This document shows positions 10,329 to 20,590 of a stretch of DNA of 64,000 bases, one piece after another. Under the pieces are notes generated by a model. The model had not been told where the DNA came from. It was given only the letters and a program-made list of their open reading frames with translations, and searched no databases. Position numbers and translations under genes: made by a program. Origin of the DNA: Parasegetibacter sp. NRK P23 (lineage in GTDB: Bacteria; Bacteroidota; Bacteroidia; Chitinophagales; Chitinophagaceae); contig NZ_JAMDLG010000001.1 of the NCBI RefSeq assembly GCF_023721715.1, forward strand, positions 3,857,655 through 3,921,654. Reading direction: 5' to 3'. How positions within the stretch are numbered: the first letter of the stretch is position 1; each line of letters starts with the position of its first letter.

Positions 10329-10480
10329 CACGGGGTGCTTTCCCGCAGGGAAGGCTGAGATCATACCCGGTACCTGATCTGGATAATACCAGCGGAGGAA
10401 TTGCAAAAATGGTGTTGCACATCATTCGGGCGTAAGCTCCTGTTCCCATGGTTTTCCGGGCAGGAGCTTTTGATTTTTTA
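10329..10480 (+). ncRNA. TPP (THI-box) riboswitch with terminator-type expression platform
   Basis: GGGGUGC ... GCUGAGA ... ACCCGGUACCUGAUCUGGAUAAUACCAGCGGAGGAA matches the THI element. It is followed by a 9-bp stem (aagctcctg/caggagctt) plus a U-tract at 10434..10480. Confidence 0.85.
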
Positions 10481-10498
10481 ATACGCAACACCATTACA

Positions 10499-11209
10499 AT
10501 GAAACTCGACCTGTACACACGCGGCCTGCAGCACTGGCAGGGAAGACCGGAATGGTTCTTCAACCGCGAACACACCGATACGTACGAACAATGGTATGAA
10601 GGGCGCTACAAAAGAGCGGAGATCTGGCAGAAAAAAGTGATCGGGGGCCTTATCTCGAAGGATACGCGCGTTAAAACCCTGCTGGAATTCGGTTGCGGAA
10701 CAACCCGCTTCACCCGCTGGTGGAAGAACATTGGTATCGAAGCGATGGGCGCAGATATTTCACCGCTCATGTTGGGCCAGGGCGTACGCCTTTTTGATGG
10801 TGACCTGGTGCTGGCAGATTCGCACCACATGCCTTTCAAAGACCAGACCTTCGACGCGTTGGCTTTCATCACTACCTTTGAATATTACCGTGATCCCATC
10901 CAGGTGATCCGTGAATCCGCCCGCGTAGCGAAATATGGAATCGTATTCGGGATGATGAACAGGAACTCTCCCAAAGTAGTGCGGCGCCGTATTCAGCAGG
11001 CGTTTGGCAAAAATCCTTTTTATGTAACCGCAACATTCTACACACCGGATATGCTGATGGCAAAGATCCACGAAGCGCTGAAAGGCAGGGATTATAGTAT
11101 TGAATGGACCTGCACCGGTTTGCCAAAATGGTTTCCCGTACAGCAATGGAGTGTTCCGGTAGGCGATTTCTTCGGACTCCATGTGAAATTCAATGATGTT
11201 CAACCTTAG
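10499..11209 (+). CDS. class I SAM-dependent methyltransferase (Methyltransf_11-like)
   Basis: SAM-binding motif LEFGCGTTRF. The track ORF starts at 10448, but its first 17 codons overlap the riboswitch terminator, so the start is moved to MKLDLY at 10499. Confidence 0.7.
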   Translation: MKLDLYTRGLQHWQGRPEWFFNREHTDTYEQWYEGRYKRAEIWQKKVIGGLISKDTRVKTLLEFGCGTTRFTRWWKNIGIEAMGADISPLMLGQGVRLFDGDLVLADSHHMPFKDQTFDALAFITTFEYYRDPIQVIRESARVAKYGIVFGMMNRNSPKVVRRRIQQAFGKNPFYVTATFYTPDMLMAKIHEALKGRDYSIEWTCTGLPKWFPVQQWSVPVGDFFGLHVKFNDVQP

Positions 11210-11212
11210 TCG

Positions 11213-12277
11213 ATGAGCAGTTTCGATACCACTGGAAAATTTCAGCAGGCGTTTTTTGAAGAACACCTCTATCCGAAATTTGGCCTGAACCGCCCTGAAG
11301 TGCGTGTGGGTCCCGCCTTCGGCGTGGATGTGAGCATCGTTGACCTGCCCGGGAACATGGGACTCGCCATTACCAGTGATCCGCTTTCGCTGATACCTTC
11401 ACTCGGTTACCGTGAATCGGCCTGGCTTTCCGTTCAACTCCTGGTGAATGATATGGCCACTACAGGATTTGCGCCCATGTACGCGCAATTCGTGCTCAAC
11501 CTGCCGCAGTCGCTGGATGAAAAGGGTTTCAAAGAATACTGGAACTGGATCAATCATTATTGTATTCAAACAGGCGTGGCCATTACGGGTGGGCATACCT
11601 GTAAGATAGAAGGGATGCAATCCACCATTGTGGGAGGCGGAACCATGTTTCTCACAGCATCAAGGGAGGAAATACTTACCAGTCAGGGAGCGGAACCCGG
11701 AGATGTACTTGTACTGCTGGGAGAACCGGCCTGTTCCTCCACCTCAATTCTTTCGCTGAGCTTCCCTGAAACTATCACGGAAAAACTGGGAAAGGAAGTA
11801 CAACAAAAAGCCGCTGACCTTTTCTCCAGCACTTCCGTGCTCCATCCTGCGTTGCGCGCCGCCGCATTCAATGGTCAATATCCTGGGGCGTTGAAAGCCA
11901 TGCACGATGTTACCGAAGGAGGGGTGTACGGCGCCATTTTTGAAATGGCCGTCGCTTCCGGAACAGGCGTTGAGGTTTACGCGGAGAAAATGCCCGAAGC
12001 GCCCGTGCAGCGGGAGATATGTGCGTTGTTCAATATAGATCCGTGCATCAGTGTTGGCGCGGGCGCCATGATTCTTGCCGCCAATCACCGGTACGCCGGA
12101 ATGTTGGTGAAATCGTTGGAAGAGGAAGGTTTTCATGCCGCCATTATTGGAAGCTTCCTCAACGACCCCGAAGGAAAATGGCTGGAAACAACTGAGGGAA
12201 GAACACCGTTACCCTACCCGGAAAAGGACCCGTACTGGAATGCTTTTTTCACCGCTTTAAAAAATGGATGGAAATAA
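11213..12277 (+). CDS. AIR-synthase-related (PurM superfamily; ThiL/HypE-like) protein
   Basis: PurM-like N- and C-domains (GVDVSIVDL..., TGGHT..., DVTEGG). The ThiL family belongs to this superfamily. The gene sits in a TPP-riboswitch operon. Confidence 0.65.
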   Translation: MSSFDTTGKFQQAFFEEHLYPKFGLNRPEVRVGPAFGVDVSIVDLPGNMGLAITSDPLSLIPSLGYRESAWLSVQLLVNDMATTGFAPMYAQFVLNLPQSLDEKGFKEYWNWINHYCIQTGVAITGGHTCKIEGMQSTIVGGGTMFLTASREEILTSQGAEPGDVLVLLGEPACSSTSILSLSFPETITEKLGKEVQQKAADLFSSTSVLHPALRAAAFNGQYPGALKAMHDVTEGGVYGAIFEMAVASGTGVEVYAEKMPEAPVQREICALFNIDPCISVGAGAMILAANHRYAGMLVKSLEEEGFHAAIIGSFLNDPEGKWLETTEGRTPLPYPEKDPYWNAFFTALKNGWK

Positions 12278-12286
12278 ACCATACAA

Positions 12287-12928
12287 ATGAAACGAATGAT
12301 TAAGAACGGAATTTACCTCGTGGTGGACCCGGCCATGCCGCTGATGAAATTATTGCCATTGCTGGAACAGGTATTGGAAGCGGGCGTGTCCACCGTACAG
12401 GTTTGGGATCATTTCCCGGCAGGATGCGATCCAGTTGCGTATACAAGGGCTATCATGGATATTGGGAAAAAGTTCAATGTGCCCGTGCTCATCAATCAAA
12501 ACATTGCTCTTTTCTTTGAAACAGGTGCGGATGGTATTCATTTCGACCAGGTTCCAAACCAGTATGATAAACTGAGAGAGCAAGCCGGGCCGGACTCCAT
12601 CATTGGCATCACTTGCGGAAACGATATGGAACGCGTACAATGGGCCGCCGAGAATAACATAGATTACATTTCCTTTTGTTCCATGTTCCCCTCCGCCTCT
12701 GCGGGGGTATGTGAAATCGTCAATCCGGCAAACATTTTAAAAGCCAGGGAAATATTCAGCGGCAAGATCTTTCTTTCAGGCGGCATCACGCCGGCAAACA
12801 TGGCCAATCTCGCACCGCTGAAAACGGATGGTATTGCCGTGATATCCGGTATTCTCAGCGCCGCCGATCCCGCAGGAGCCGCACGTAATTACCTGAACAC
12901 GTTTGAGCAACAGGCCACCGTACTATAA
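12287..12928 (+). CDS. thiE: thiamine-phosphate synthase (ThiE/TenI family)
   Basis: TMP-TENI fold motifs (GIYLVVDP..., QVWDHF, GADGIHFDQ, ISFCSMFPS). 213 aa. Downstream of a TPP riboswitch. Confidence 0.65.
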   Translation: MKRMIKNGIYLVVDPAMPLMKLLPLLEQVLEAGVSTVQVWDHFPAGCDPVAYTRAIMDIGKKFNVPVLINQNIALFFETGADGIHFDQVPNQYDKLREQAGPDSIIGITCGNDMERVQWAAENNIDYISFCSMFPSASAGVCEIVNPANILKAREIFSGKIFLSGGITPANMANLAPLKTDGIAVISGILSAADPAGAARNYLNTFEQQATVL

Positions 12929-12951
12929 TAACAATTAACACCAGTTTTTTT

Positions 12952-13206
12952 ATGAGCCCATCAACCATAGCAAAGCTTTGCTGCCCAATGGACAAAAGTG
13001 ATCTTGAACTGAAAATAATGTCGCGCGATACCAATGGCGATATCGTAGAAGGCTTGCTTACCTGCCCTTCCTGCCAACGTTATTACCCTATTGTATATGG
13101 TGTGCCCATTATGCAGCCTGATGAGTACCGGGAGCAGCAGCTGGAAAAACCAATATTGGACCGTTGGGGTGTACAAGCTGCGCTGCCCGCAACTACCAAC
13201 CAATAG
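12952..13206 (+). CDS. Trm112/YcaR-like zinc-ribbon protein
   Basis: CP..C ... CPSC ... YPIVYGVPIM pattern of the Trm112p/DUF343 family. Confidence 0.55.
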   Translation: MSPSTIAKLCCPMDKSDLELKIMSRDTNGDIVEGLLTCPSCQRYYPIVYGVPIMQPDEYREQQLEKPILDRWGVQAALPATTNQ

Positions 13207-13428
13207 ATAGTACCCATGAAGTACGTGCGGCCAACTGGTAATCAGTATTGATCCGGGCATAAATTGAATACGGCCAACAGGATTACAAACCGTAAAAACG
13301 GATAACTACAGGTGTACCCTAACCCCGCAGCGCCTGAAGAAGTAATGGTTTCTGCTGAAATGGCCGCCGCGTTCAATGGCTGGATGGATCAATAAAATGA
13401 ACCTGAACCAAAATCGTATCTTTAAGGC

Positions 13429-13926
13429 ATGAAAAAGGCGCCGGATCTGCACTCCCACATAAATATACCAAAGGCCATATTCCTGTTTTTGTTTGTAACA
13501 GGTTCATGGATAACATGTTTGGCACAACAACCCTCCGTTTCCGTTAAGCAATTTTCCTGGCTCGCGGGCAAATGGAAAAATACGGAACGGAACAGCTTTG
13601 AATACTGGAAGTTTAATGAAGACAGTAGCCTGCTGACCGGTTATTCATTCAGCATAAAAGAGGGCGATACCACCATTACCGAAAAACTCCAGTTTGTATG
13701 CGAAGGACCCACCTGTTATTACGTGGCCGATGTTCCCGACAATGGCAAGCCCATACGTTTCGCGATGATGCAGCATACACCGAACGGTTTTCGTTCCGAG
13801 AACCAGCAGCACGATTACCCGAAATACATTGAATACAAACTGGAAGGGCCGGGAAAATTAAGGGCGGAAGTGGGCGACGCCACCCGAAAACAGGTCTTTA
13901 ACTTTGAACGGCAGGATAAGCTATAA
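13429..13926 (+). CDS. secreted hypothetical protein
   Basis: Signal peptide. No catalytic motif recognised. Confidence 0.55.
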   Translation: MKKAPDLHSHINIPKAIFLFLFVTGSWITCLAQQPSVSVKQFSWLAGKWKNTERNSFEYWKFNEDSSLLTGYSFSIKEGDTTITEKLQFVCEGPTCYYVADVPDNGKPIRFAMMQHTPNGFRSENQQHDYPKYIEYKLEGPGKLRAEVGDATRKQVFNFERQDKL

Positions 13927-14467
13927 CGTATAAGAATACACGTTTTTTTGAAGAGGCCACCATCTTTATTTTGTTTTCTTCGATCAGTTTTTTCAATGCA
14001 TTGCTGATAGTGGAACTCGAAGGCTGAATGGCATAATCCTCTTTTAAAAGCATCCTGATCGTTTTTACTTCCCGGGGTTCATTCAAAAAGCCGGAAGGCA
14101 GTACCCGCTCCCGTAAAATCGACAATACTTTATTGGCGGCGAGTTTTTCCCGGTAATCTTTTAGCTCGTCCGGATTTTTCGCTTTGATATACGCTTCGGA
14201 ACTTTCTTTCAGCAAAGAAAAATCGGGCACTGAAAAAGTTTTGGAAGGATCGAACAGGTCATAATTCACGCCGAAAAAACTACAGATATGATAACGATGG
14301 TGTTGGTTGAAACGAATGCTGCCTTTCTCGATACCTGCAATCGTATTCAGCGAGAACCTGCAACCCCTCGCAAGGTCGTTTTGTGCAATGCCAAGCCGCA
14401 GTCGTAACTGAATGATACGCTTCCCGATCAGCTGTGATTCTTCCGCTAAAATTTGCTCAACATTCAC
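13898..14467 (-). CDS. XRE-family (HTH_3) transcriptional regulator
   Basis: HTH: IGKRIIQLRLRLGIAQNDLARGCRFSLNTIAGIEKG. Confidence 0.7.
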   Translation of the reverse strand: MNVEQILAEESQLIGKRIIQLRLRLGIAQNDLARGCRFSLNTIAGIEKGSIRFNQHHRYHICSFFGVNYDLFDPSKTFSVPDFSLLKESSEAYIKAKNPDELKDYREKLAANKVLSILRERVLPSGFLNEPREVKTIRMLLKEDYAIQPSSSTISNALKKLIEENKIKMVASSKKRVFLYVIAYPAVQS

Positions 14468-14786
14468 CGGGCAAAGAGAGATATCCGTTTAATTTTATTT
14501 TGCTCAATATTTTGATGAATAATAAATTGACCTATATTTGTTGCACCACACACCGTTTTTTCACCACCACATTTATGGGTTTATTTCTCACCGGCTTACG
14601 GTGAAAGCACGATTGCTGTTCCTTTCAGGATGAACTAGCTTTCAGTTTTTATTTCACGCCACCCACCACAAGGCATTCCTGGTTGATGTACACGATGCGG
14701 AGATACTTACGCGGAAGAGTCGCAACGATTACCATAAAGACTACGCATCGGCCACGATATCAATTATTAACCAAAACCAACTGTAA

Positions 14787-15830
14787 ATGAAAAAACTACT
14801 CTTTTTCATGCTGGGTACCTGTGTGCTGTTACTGAACGGAATGGCGCAAAAAACTTCTGTACCAGACCTTTCCATGGCGTTGAAACCCGGGGAAAAAGTT
14901 CCGGATATTACGCTGAATAACCTGCTTAATTATAAAGAGAACACCGCGAAACTTTCAGATTTTGAAGGGAAGCTGGTAATACTCGACTTTTTCGCCACCT
15001 GGTGCACATCCTGTGTGGGAGCCCTGCCGCATCTTGACGCTTTGCAAAAGCAAAGAAACGATGTGAAAATATTGGTCGTGACTTCTGAACCGAAGGAAAA
15101 AGTAAAAGCATTTTTTGAACGGAACAAATTATTGAAAGGGCTGGAGTTAACCCTGGTAACGGAAGACACTACATGTAAGCAATTTTTCCCCCACCAACTT
15201 ATACCCCATGAAGTCTGGATCAGCGGAAACCGGGTCCTGAAAGCTGTTACCGAGGCAGAATATGTTACTGCCGACAAAATAAACGAGGCGCTCGCAGGAA
15301 AAGAAATTTCCTGGGTAATGAAAGACGATTTTTTCACTTTCGATCATTCAAAACCACTGAAACCCTTACTGGATAAGGTAACTGCCGCGCCAGGAAAATC
15401 TTTCTATTCCGGCTTTACGGGTTATATACACGGTCCGGGTTTTTTGAAAGAAGGACTGATCACAGATTCCGCAGCACAAACAACCAGGTTTTACATCCTC
15501 AACGCGCCTGTCCTGAACATGTATTACAAAGCCTTTAAAGAAGAGCGGCTGGGATTCCTTAAATCTCCAGCGCATAGAGCGCTACTGGTAAAGGACACCT
15601 TGCAATACCTGTACGATCCCGCTATCCATAAGTATAAAAGAGAGTGGCAAAAAAAATACGCTTTCTGCTACGAATCCGCCTGGCCAATCGGAACTCCGGA
15701 AGCTGTTATGCGGGAAAAACTAAAGCATGATATTGACCATTATTTCGGCCTTGAAGGAAACATCCGGAACACCTCCACAGGGTTAAAACAGTTTGTGCTG
15801 AAAGAAACAATGATTTCCTCAAAACGATAA
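14787..15830 (+). CDS. TlpA-like thioredoxin-fold thiol-disulfide oxidoreductase with long C-terminal extension
   Basis: Signal peptide. WCTSC (CxxC) motif in ILDFFATWCTSCVGALPHL. Confidence 0.7.
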   Translation: MKKLLFFMLGTCVLLLNGMAQKTSVPDLSMALKPGEKVPDITLNNLLNYKENTAKLSDFEGKLVILDFFATWCTSCVGALPHLDALQKQRNDVKILVVTSEPKEKVKAFFERNKLLKGLELTLVTEDTTCKQFFPHQLIPHEVWISGNRVLKAVTEAEYVTADKINEALAGKEISWVMKDDFFTFDHSKPLKPLLDKVTAAPGKSFYSGFTGYIHGPGFLKEGLITDSAAQTTRFYILNAPVLNMYYKAFKEERLGFLKSPAHRALLVKDTLQYLYDPAIHKYKREWQKKYAFCYESAWPIGTPEAVMREKLKHDIDHYFGLEGNIRNTSTGLKQFVLKETMISSKR

Positions 15831-15839
15831 ACAACAGTT

Positions 15840-18809
15840 ATGAAGAAGTGTGTGATGCTTATACTGGTGCTGTTGTGGGCGGGCGCGTGTAAACTCTTCG
15901 CCCAGGAAAAACAGGATTCGGCGATACCGAAAGTAAAAGAATTGGAAGAAGTAATTATAAGTACGGGATACCAAACCATTCCCAAAGAAAGAAGTACGGG
16001 GTCTTTCGCAACCATTGACAATAAGCTGCTGAATGAAAGGGTGACCACATCTATAATGGAGCGGTTGGATGGAACCACCGCCGGACTAACGTTCAATAAA
16101 GGAACGGGGGCGGGTATAACGCTCAGGGGACTCAGCACGCTTGGTGGTATGGCCGATAATCAATTGCTGATTATCGTTGACAATTTCATTTACAATGGAA
16201 ATATCGCGGATATTAACCCCAACGATGTACAACAGGTAACCCTGCTTAAAGATGCCGCCGCCGCATCTATCTGGGGCGCTAAAGCAGGAAATGGCGTGAT
16301 CGTGATTACAACCAAAAAAGGGAAATTCTCTCAGCCCGCGAAAATTTCACTCCATGTGAACATGAGGGTGTTACCTGAGCAGGACTTGTTTTTTGAGCCC
16401 ACCATGCCGGTGCCGGAATATATAGCGCTACAGGAGGACCTTTTTGAAAAGGGATACTATAATACGATGCTGAATAGTACGGCGCCAACTACAATTGTTA
16501 ACCCCGTGGCGGAAATCCTGGGAAAACACAGGGCGGGGACGTTATCAGACGAACAAAAACGTTATTTACTGGATTCCATTGGAAGAAATGACTTGAGAAA
16601 TGATTTCAGGAAGTATTTCTACCGGCCAGCCGTAAGTCAGCAGTACGCCTTGAACGTGTCCGGGGGAAGCGGAAATATGACGTACTATTTTTCAGCGGGC
16701 TTTGACAGATCGAATGCGGAAGTGATCGGTAACCACCAGTCCCGGGCCACCATCCGGCAACAAATGAATTTTAAGGCCACGAATCGACTGGAAATTAGCA
16801 CAACGCTTCAGTATGTAAAGAACGACGCTACTACCGGAACGGAACCCCTTTTGCTGCAAACGCCCTGGCCATACGCCAAGCTGGCGGATGAGCAGGGCAA
16901 CCCTTTAGCGCTTCCTTATGAATACCGGCAATCCTATAAAGACACCGCGGGAAACGGCAAACTGCTGGATTGGAACTTCCGTCCATTGGAGGAGATGCGT
17001 CTCGCCGATCGTTCCGAACGGGGCGAAGATCTTTTGATGAATATTGGCATCACCTTCCGCATGCTGAAAGGAATGGATGTAACGGCGATGTACCAGCGCC
17101 AGTCGGGCAATACAGCCGCGCAGGACTACCGGAGTAAAGAATCTTATTTTACCCGAAGCCGGATCAATCAGTTTACGCCCCCGGGAGGAACGTACCAGAG
17201 CAGTGCCGTTCCTTATGGCGGGATTTTATTGTACCAGAATAGCCGTCAACTTTCGCAACAGGCGCGCGCGCAAATTTCCTACAACCGGGAATGGAACAAT
17301 CATGCAGTGGCCACGATTGCAGGATCGGAAATACAACATACAGAAGCGGAGGCAGACAACTCCTTTTTATATGGATTCGATAAAAACCTGCTTACCTCAT
17401 CCAACGCAGATTTACTCAGGTTGCACCCAAGATATATGGGAGGTTCCGCCAGTATAGCACTCCCAACGTTACGCGCCGGTACCAGCACCAGACAGGTTTC
17501 GTTTTTTACGAACGCGACCTATACCTACAAAGAACGGTATGCGCTTTCAGGAAGCGCCAGAAGAGACGCCTCTAATCTGTTCGGGGTTTCTACAAATAAT
17601 AAATGGACCCCGTTGTGGAGCGCCGGCGCAGCCTGGACCTTGTCAAAGGAGCCCTTCTTTAATGTGAATTGGATAGATATGCTGAAACTCCGGGCGACGT
17701 ATGGGTATCAGGGGAATACCAATACTTCCGTAGCCGGGGTGCTTACGATCCGGTACAGCCCTGGTGCCGATGTACTCACCAATGTACCAATCGCTTCGGT
17801 AAGCAATGTGCCTAATCCCGATCTGCGTTGGGAAAGGGTGGGCCAGACAAATATCGGGACCGACTTCTCGCTTTGGGCCGGCAGACTCAGTGGATCGCTG
17901 GAATATTATTTTAAGAATTGTACTGACCTTGTTGCCAATGCTCCTATTGATCCAACACTGGGGGCGGGGGATGAAATCATGAAGAACAGCGCGGTGCTTC
18001 ATACAAAAGGAGTTGACGTTTCACTCACCGGAAAGCTGGTGGATAAAGCGATCAAATGGAGTACAACGGCTTTTTTAACCTGGAACACCAACAAGGTTAA
18101 AAAGTACCTGCTCTCTCCATCCATTGCCCGCGACCTTGTAGAGAATGGCGGTGCCATCAATCCCGTGGAAGGAAGAGAAGCGTATGCATTGGTGGCATAC
18201 CCTTTCGCCGGACTGGACCCCGATACCGGTGCCGCCCTTGGAATATTGAACGGGCAACCGTCCGGCGATTACGCGGCGATACAGGTTGAAACAAAAGCTA
18301 CCGACCTTTATACGCCCGGCTCATCAAGGCCGGAGTATGTGATGGGGCTCCGGAATATGGTTTCGTGGAAAGGGATCGATCTTTCTTTTAACCTGACGGG
18401 AAACTTTAAATACTGGCAGCACCGCACTTATGCCGGTTCCGGCATCTTCAACGGCGGTCTTACTGGATATCAGGATTACATGAACAGGTGGCAGCTGCCC
18501 GGAGATGAATTGCATACCAACTTACCGGCGATTACTTACCCGGTGAACCTGCAGCAGGAAAATTTCTACCGGCAATCCGCTGCCATGGTGGTACGGAGAG
18601 ACCATATCAGGTTGCAGAATATACACCTGAATTATACTTTCTCCAAGACCACATTACGCGTGTTCAGTAACGTGTCTTTTTACACGAACCTTTTTAATGT
18701 GGCGGTGCTTTGGAAGTCAAATAAAGAGAAAGGTGATCCGGATGCCGGAAAATCTTTCCAGCAACTGAGAACGACCTACGCTGCCGGTTTTAAACTGAAT
18801 TTCAAATAA
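15840..18809 (+). CDS. SusC/RagA-family TonB-linked outer-membrane receptor
   Basis: 989 aa. Signal peptide, CarboxypepD_reg-like N-terminus, TonB-box/plug, and a C-terminal beta-barrel ending in F. Immediately followed by SusD. Confidence 0.9.
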   Translation: MKKCVMLILVLLWAGACKLFAQEKQDSAIPKVKELEEVIISTGYQTIPKERSTGSFATIDNKLLNERVTTSIMERLDGTTAGLTFNKGTGAGITLRGLSTLGGMADNQLLIIVDNFIYNGNIADINPNDVQQVTLLKDAAAASIWGAKAGNGVIVITTKKGKFSQPAKISLHVNMRVLPEQDLFFEPTMPVPEYIALQEDLFEKGYYNTMLNSTAPTTIVNPVAEILGKHRAGTLSDEQKRYLLDSIGRNDLRNDFRKYFYRPAVSQQYALNVSGGSGNMTYYFSAGFDRSNAEVIGNHQSRATIRQQMNFKATNRLEISTTLQYVKNDATTGTEPLLLQTPWPYAKLADEQGNPLALPYEYRQSYKDTAGNGKLLDWNFRPLEEMRLADRSERGEDLLMNIGITFRMLKGMDVTAMYQRQSGNTAAQDYRSKESYFTRSRINQFTPPGGTYQSSAVPYGGILLYQNSRQLSQQARAQISYNREWNNHAVATIAGSEIQHTEAEADNSFLYGFDKNLLTSSNADLLRLHPRYMGGSASIALPTLRAGTSTRQVSFFTNATYTYKERYALSGSARRDASNLFGVSTNNKWTPLWSAGAAWTLSKEPFFNVNWIDMLKLRATYGYQGNTNTSVAGVLTIRYSPGADVLTNVPIASVSNVPNPDLRWERVGQTNIGTDFSLWAGRLSGSLEYYFKNCTDLVANAPIDPTLGAGDEIMKNSAVLHTKGVDVSLTGKLVDKAIKWSTTAFLTWNTNKVKKYLLSPSIARDLVENGGAINPVEGREAYALVAYPFAGLDPDTGAALGILNGQPSGDYAAIQVETKATDLYTPGSSRPEYVMGLRNMVSWKGIDLSFNLTGNFKYWQHRTYAGSGIFNGGLTGYQDYMNRWQLPGDELHTNLPAITYPVNLQQENFYRQSAAMVVRRDHIRLQNIHLNYTFSKTTLRVFSNVSFYTNLFNVAVLWKSNKEKGDPDAGKSFQQLRTTYAAGFKLNFK

Positions 18810-18825
18810 ACACCTAAACTGTTTT

Positions 18826-20193
18826 ATGAAAAAGTACATCAGCATATATGTGTGTCTGCTTTCTTTAATAGGGCTCGCTTCCTGCAAGAAATTCCTGGAG
18901 GAGAAGTCCGACAAAAAGCTTGCGATCCCGGAAACGCTAAGTGATTACCAGGCCCTGATCAACAGCACATCCACCATGAATGTGAGGTTCTGCGGACTGG
19001 CTGAGGTGGGCAGTGACAATTATTATATCCGCGATAAAGAATGGGCCGCGCTGGACGATGAGCCCAGGCTGGCATATACCTGGGAATGGAATGGTGTTTC
19101 TAACGGGCATTGGTCCAACCTTTACGCCATCATATTCCGGGCAAACCTGGTACTGGAGAATATAGGCGAACTCAAGGTTTTGCCTGCGCAGACAGAAGAG
19201 AAAAGACAGTTGGAGGGGAAAGCGCTTTTCTTCCGGGCAATGGCACACTTTAATGTGGCCCAGGTTTGGGCGCCCGCCTATAAAAAAGGAGGGGAAAATG
19301 ACCAGCCGGGTATTCCGTTGCGCAGTTCATACGATATCAATGAACCGGTAACAAGATCAACAGTGGAGCAAACTTATGGGCATATTGTAGAAGACCTTCG
19401 CAAAGCATCGGAACTTGTTCCTGTTCAGGTGACACACAAGGCCATTCCCGGCAAAGCCGCTGTTTTGGCGTTATTGGCAAGGGTGTATCTTTCTATGAAT
19501 GATTTTGAAAACGCTTTGCTGTATGCGGATTCAACACTTTTGTACAATAGTGCCATACTGAATTATAATACACTGAATCCATCCTCTGCCGGTCCTGTTC
19601 CTGCTTTGAATGAAGAAGTTATTTTCCATGCGCAGTGCGTGATGGGTGGTGCAATGAACGCCACCCCCAACACGGTGGCAAAGGTGGATACAGGGTTGTA
19701 CGCGCTATACCATCAGAACGATATCCGCAAGGCTGCCTATTTTGGAAAGAACAACGACAATACCTTTTTCTTTAAAGGCGGATACGATCAGTCCAAATCT
19801 GCACCCCGTTTTATGGGGATTACCGTAAGCGAAGTATTGCTTATCAAGGCGGAATGTGAGGCGAGGCGCAACAACATAGAAGGGGCGATGGACGCACTAA
19901 ATGCGCTGCTGGTAAAAAGATGGAAGAGCGGAACCTTTGTCCCTTACCAGGCTTCTGTTCAGGATGAGGCGCTGGCTTTGATTTTGGAAGAAAGAAGGAA
20001 AGAACTTTGTTTCCGTTCCGGATTGCGGTGGATGGACCTTAAAAGGTTTAACACACTTCCCGATGAGCGGCGTTCCATCAAACGGCTATTAAATGGTGAA
20101 GAGGTAATACTTGATTCGGAGGACAAGAGATTGCTGTGGCTGATTCCGCTGGATGTGGTGCGTTTATCCGGAATAACACAGAACCCAAGGTAA
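18826..20193 (+). CDS. RagB/SusD-family nutrient-binding outer-membrane lipoprotein
   Basis: Lipoprotein signal (LASC). TPR-like SusD features. Genomic pairing with SusC. Confidence 0.85.
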   Translation: MKKYISIYVCLLSLIGLASCKKFLEEKSDKKLAIPETLSDYQALINSTSTMNVRFCGLAEVGSDNYYIRDKEWAALDDEPRLAYTWEWNGVSNGHWSNLYAIIFRANLVLENIGELKVLPAQTEEKRQLEGKALFFRAMAHFNVAQVWAPAYKKGGENDQPGIPLRSSYDINEPVTRSTVEQTYGHIVEDLRKASELVPVQVTHKAIPGKAAVLALLARVYLSMNDFENALLYADSTLLYNSAILNYNTLNPSSAGPVPALNEEVIFHAQCVMGGAMNATPNTVAKVDTGLYALYHQNDIRKAAYFGKNNDNTFFFKGGYDQSKSAPRFMGITVSEVLLIKAECEARRNNIEGAMDALNALLVKRWKSGTFVPYQASVQDEALALILEERRKELCFRSGLRWMDLKRFNTLPDERRSIKRLLNGEEVILDSEDKRLLWLIPLDVVRLSGITQNPR

Positions 20194-20200
20194 AGACATA

Positions 20201-20227
20201 CCGGCAAAGGAATGAACCCTTTGCCGG
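20201..20227. terminator. bidirectional terminator hairpin between convergent genes
   Basis: Perfect 10-bp stem ccggcaaagg/cctttgccgg with a 7-nt loop. Confidence 0.55.
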
Positions 20228-20242
20228 TGGTTGAAGCATGTG

Positions 20243-20590
20243 CTAATCACGGAGATAGATGCCGTCTTCCGGAAGACTTTCACCTTCCTGAAGTGCTTGT
20301 TCTATCAAGGATTCAACCGGTTCGCCAAGAATGGCGGGAAAGCCGGGATGAGAGAGGTCTTCCGTTGCGAGAATAACGCAAATACGGGCATCTCCGTCGC
20401 AAAATGTGGAGGGGTCGCCCACAAAAGGAGTATAGTTCTCCTGGTCCAACGGATCAGTAGATGGCGCCTGGGGTGTAAACTCCCAATAGGTGGGCGTAAA
20501 CTTTTTTTCTACGGCTTTTTCAGTAAATGCGAAAGCGCCGATACCTGCGAACACCACCGCCAGGAGCGGTAACAAAATTTTGATTTTCAT
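20243..20590 (-). CDS. small secreted hypothetical protein
   Basis: Start moved to the internal Met giving signal peptide MKIKILLPLLAVVFAGIGAFAFT. Confidence 0.55.
   Translation of the reverse strand: MKIKILLPLLAVVFAGIGAFAFTEKAVEKKFTPTYWEFTPQAPSTDPLDQENYTPFVGDPSTFCDGDARICVILATEDLSHPGFPAILGEPVESLIEQALQEGESLPEDGIYLRD

Noticed and set aside
10448-10498. N-terminal 17 codons of the methyltransferase ORF
   Set aside because: They overlap the TPP-riboswitch terminator hairpin. The start was moved to 10499.
14468-14786. Possible cobalamin or other riboswitch upstream of the TlpA-SusC operon
   Set aside because: No B12-box or other riboswitch consensus was found. Only short hairpins are present.
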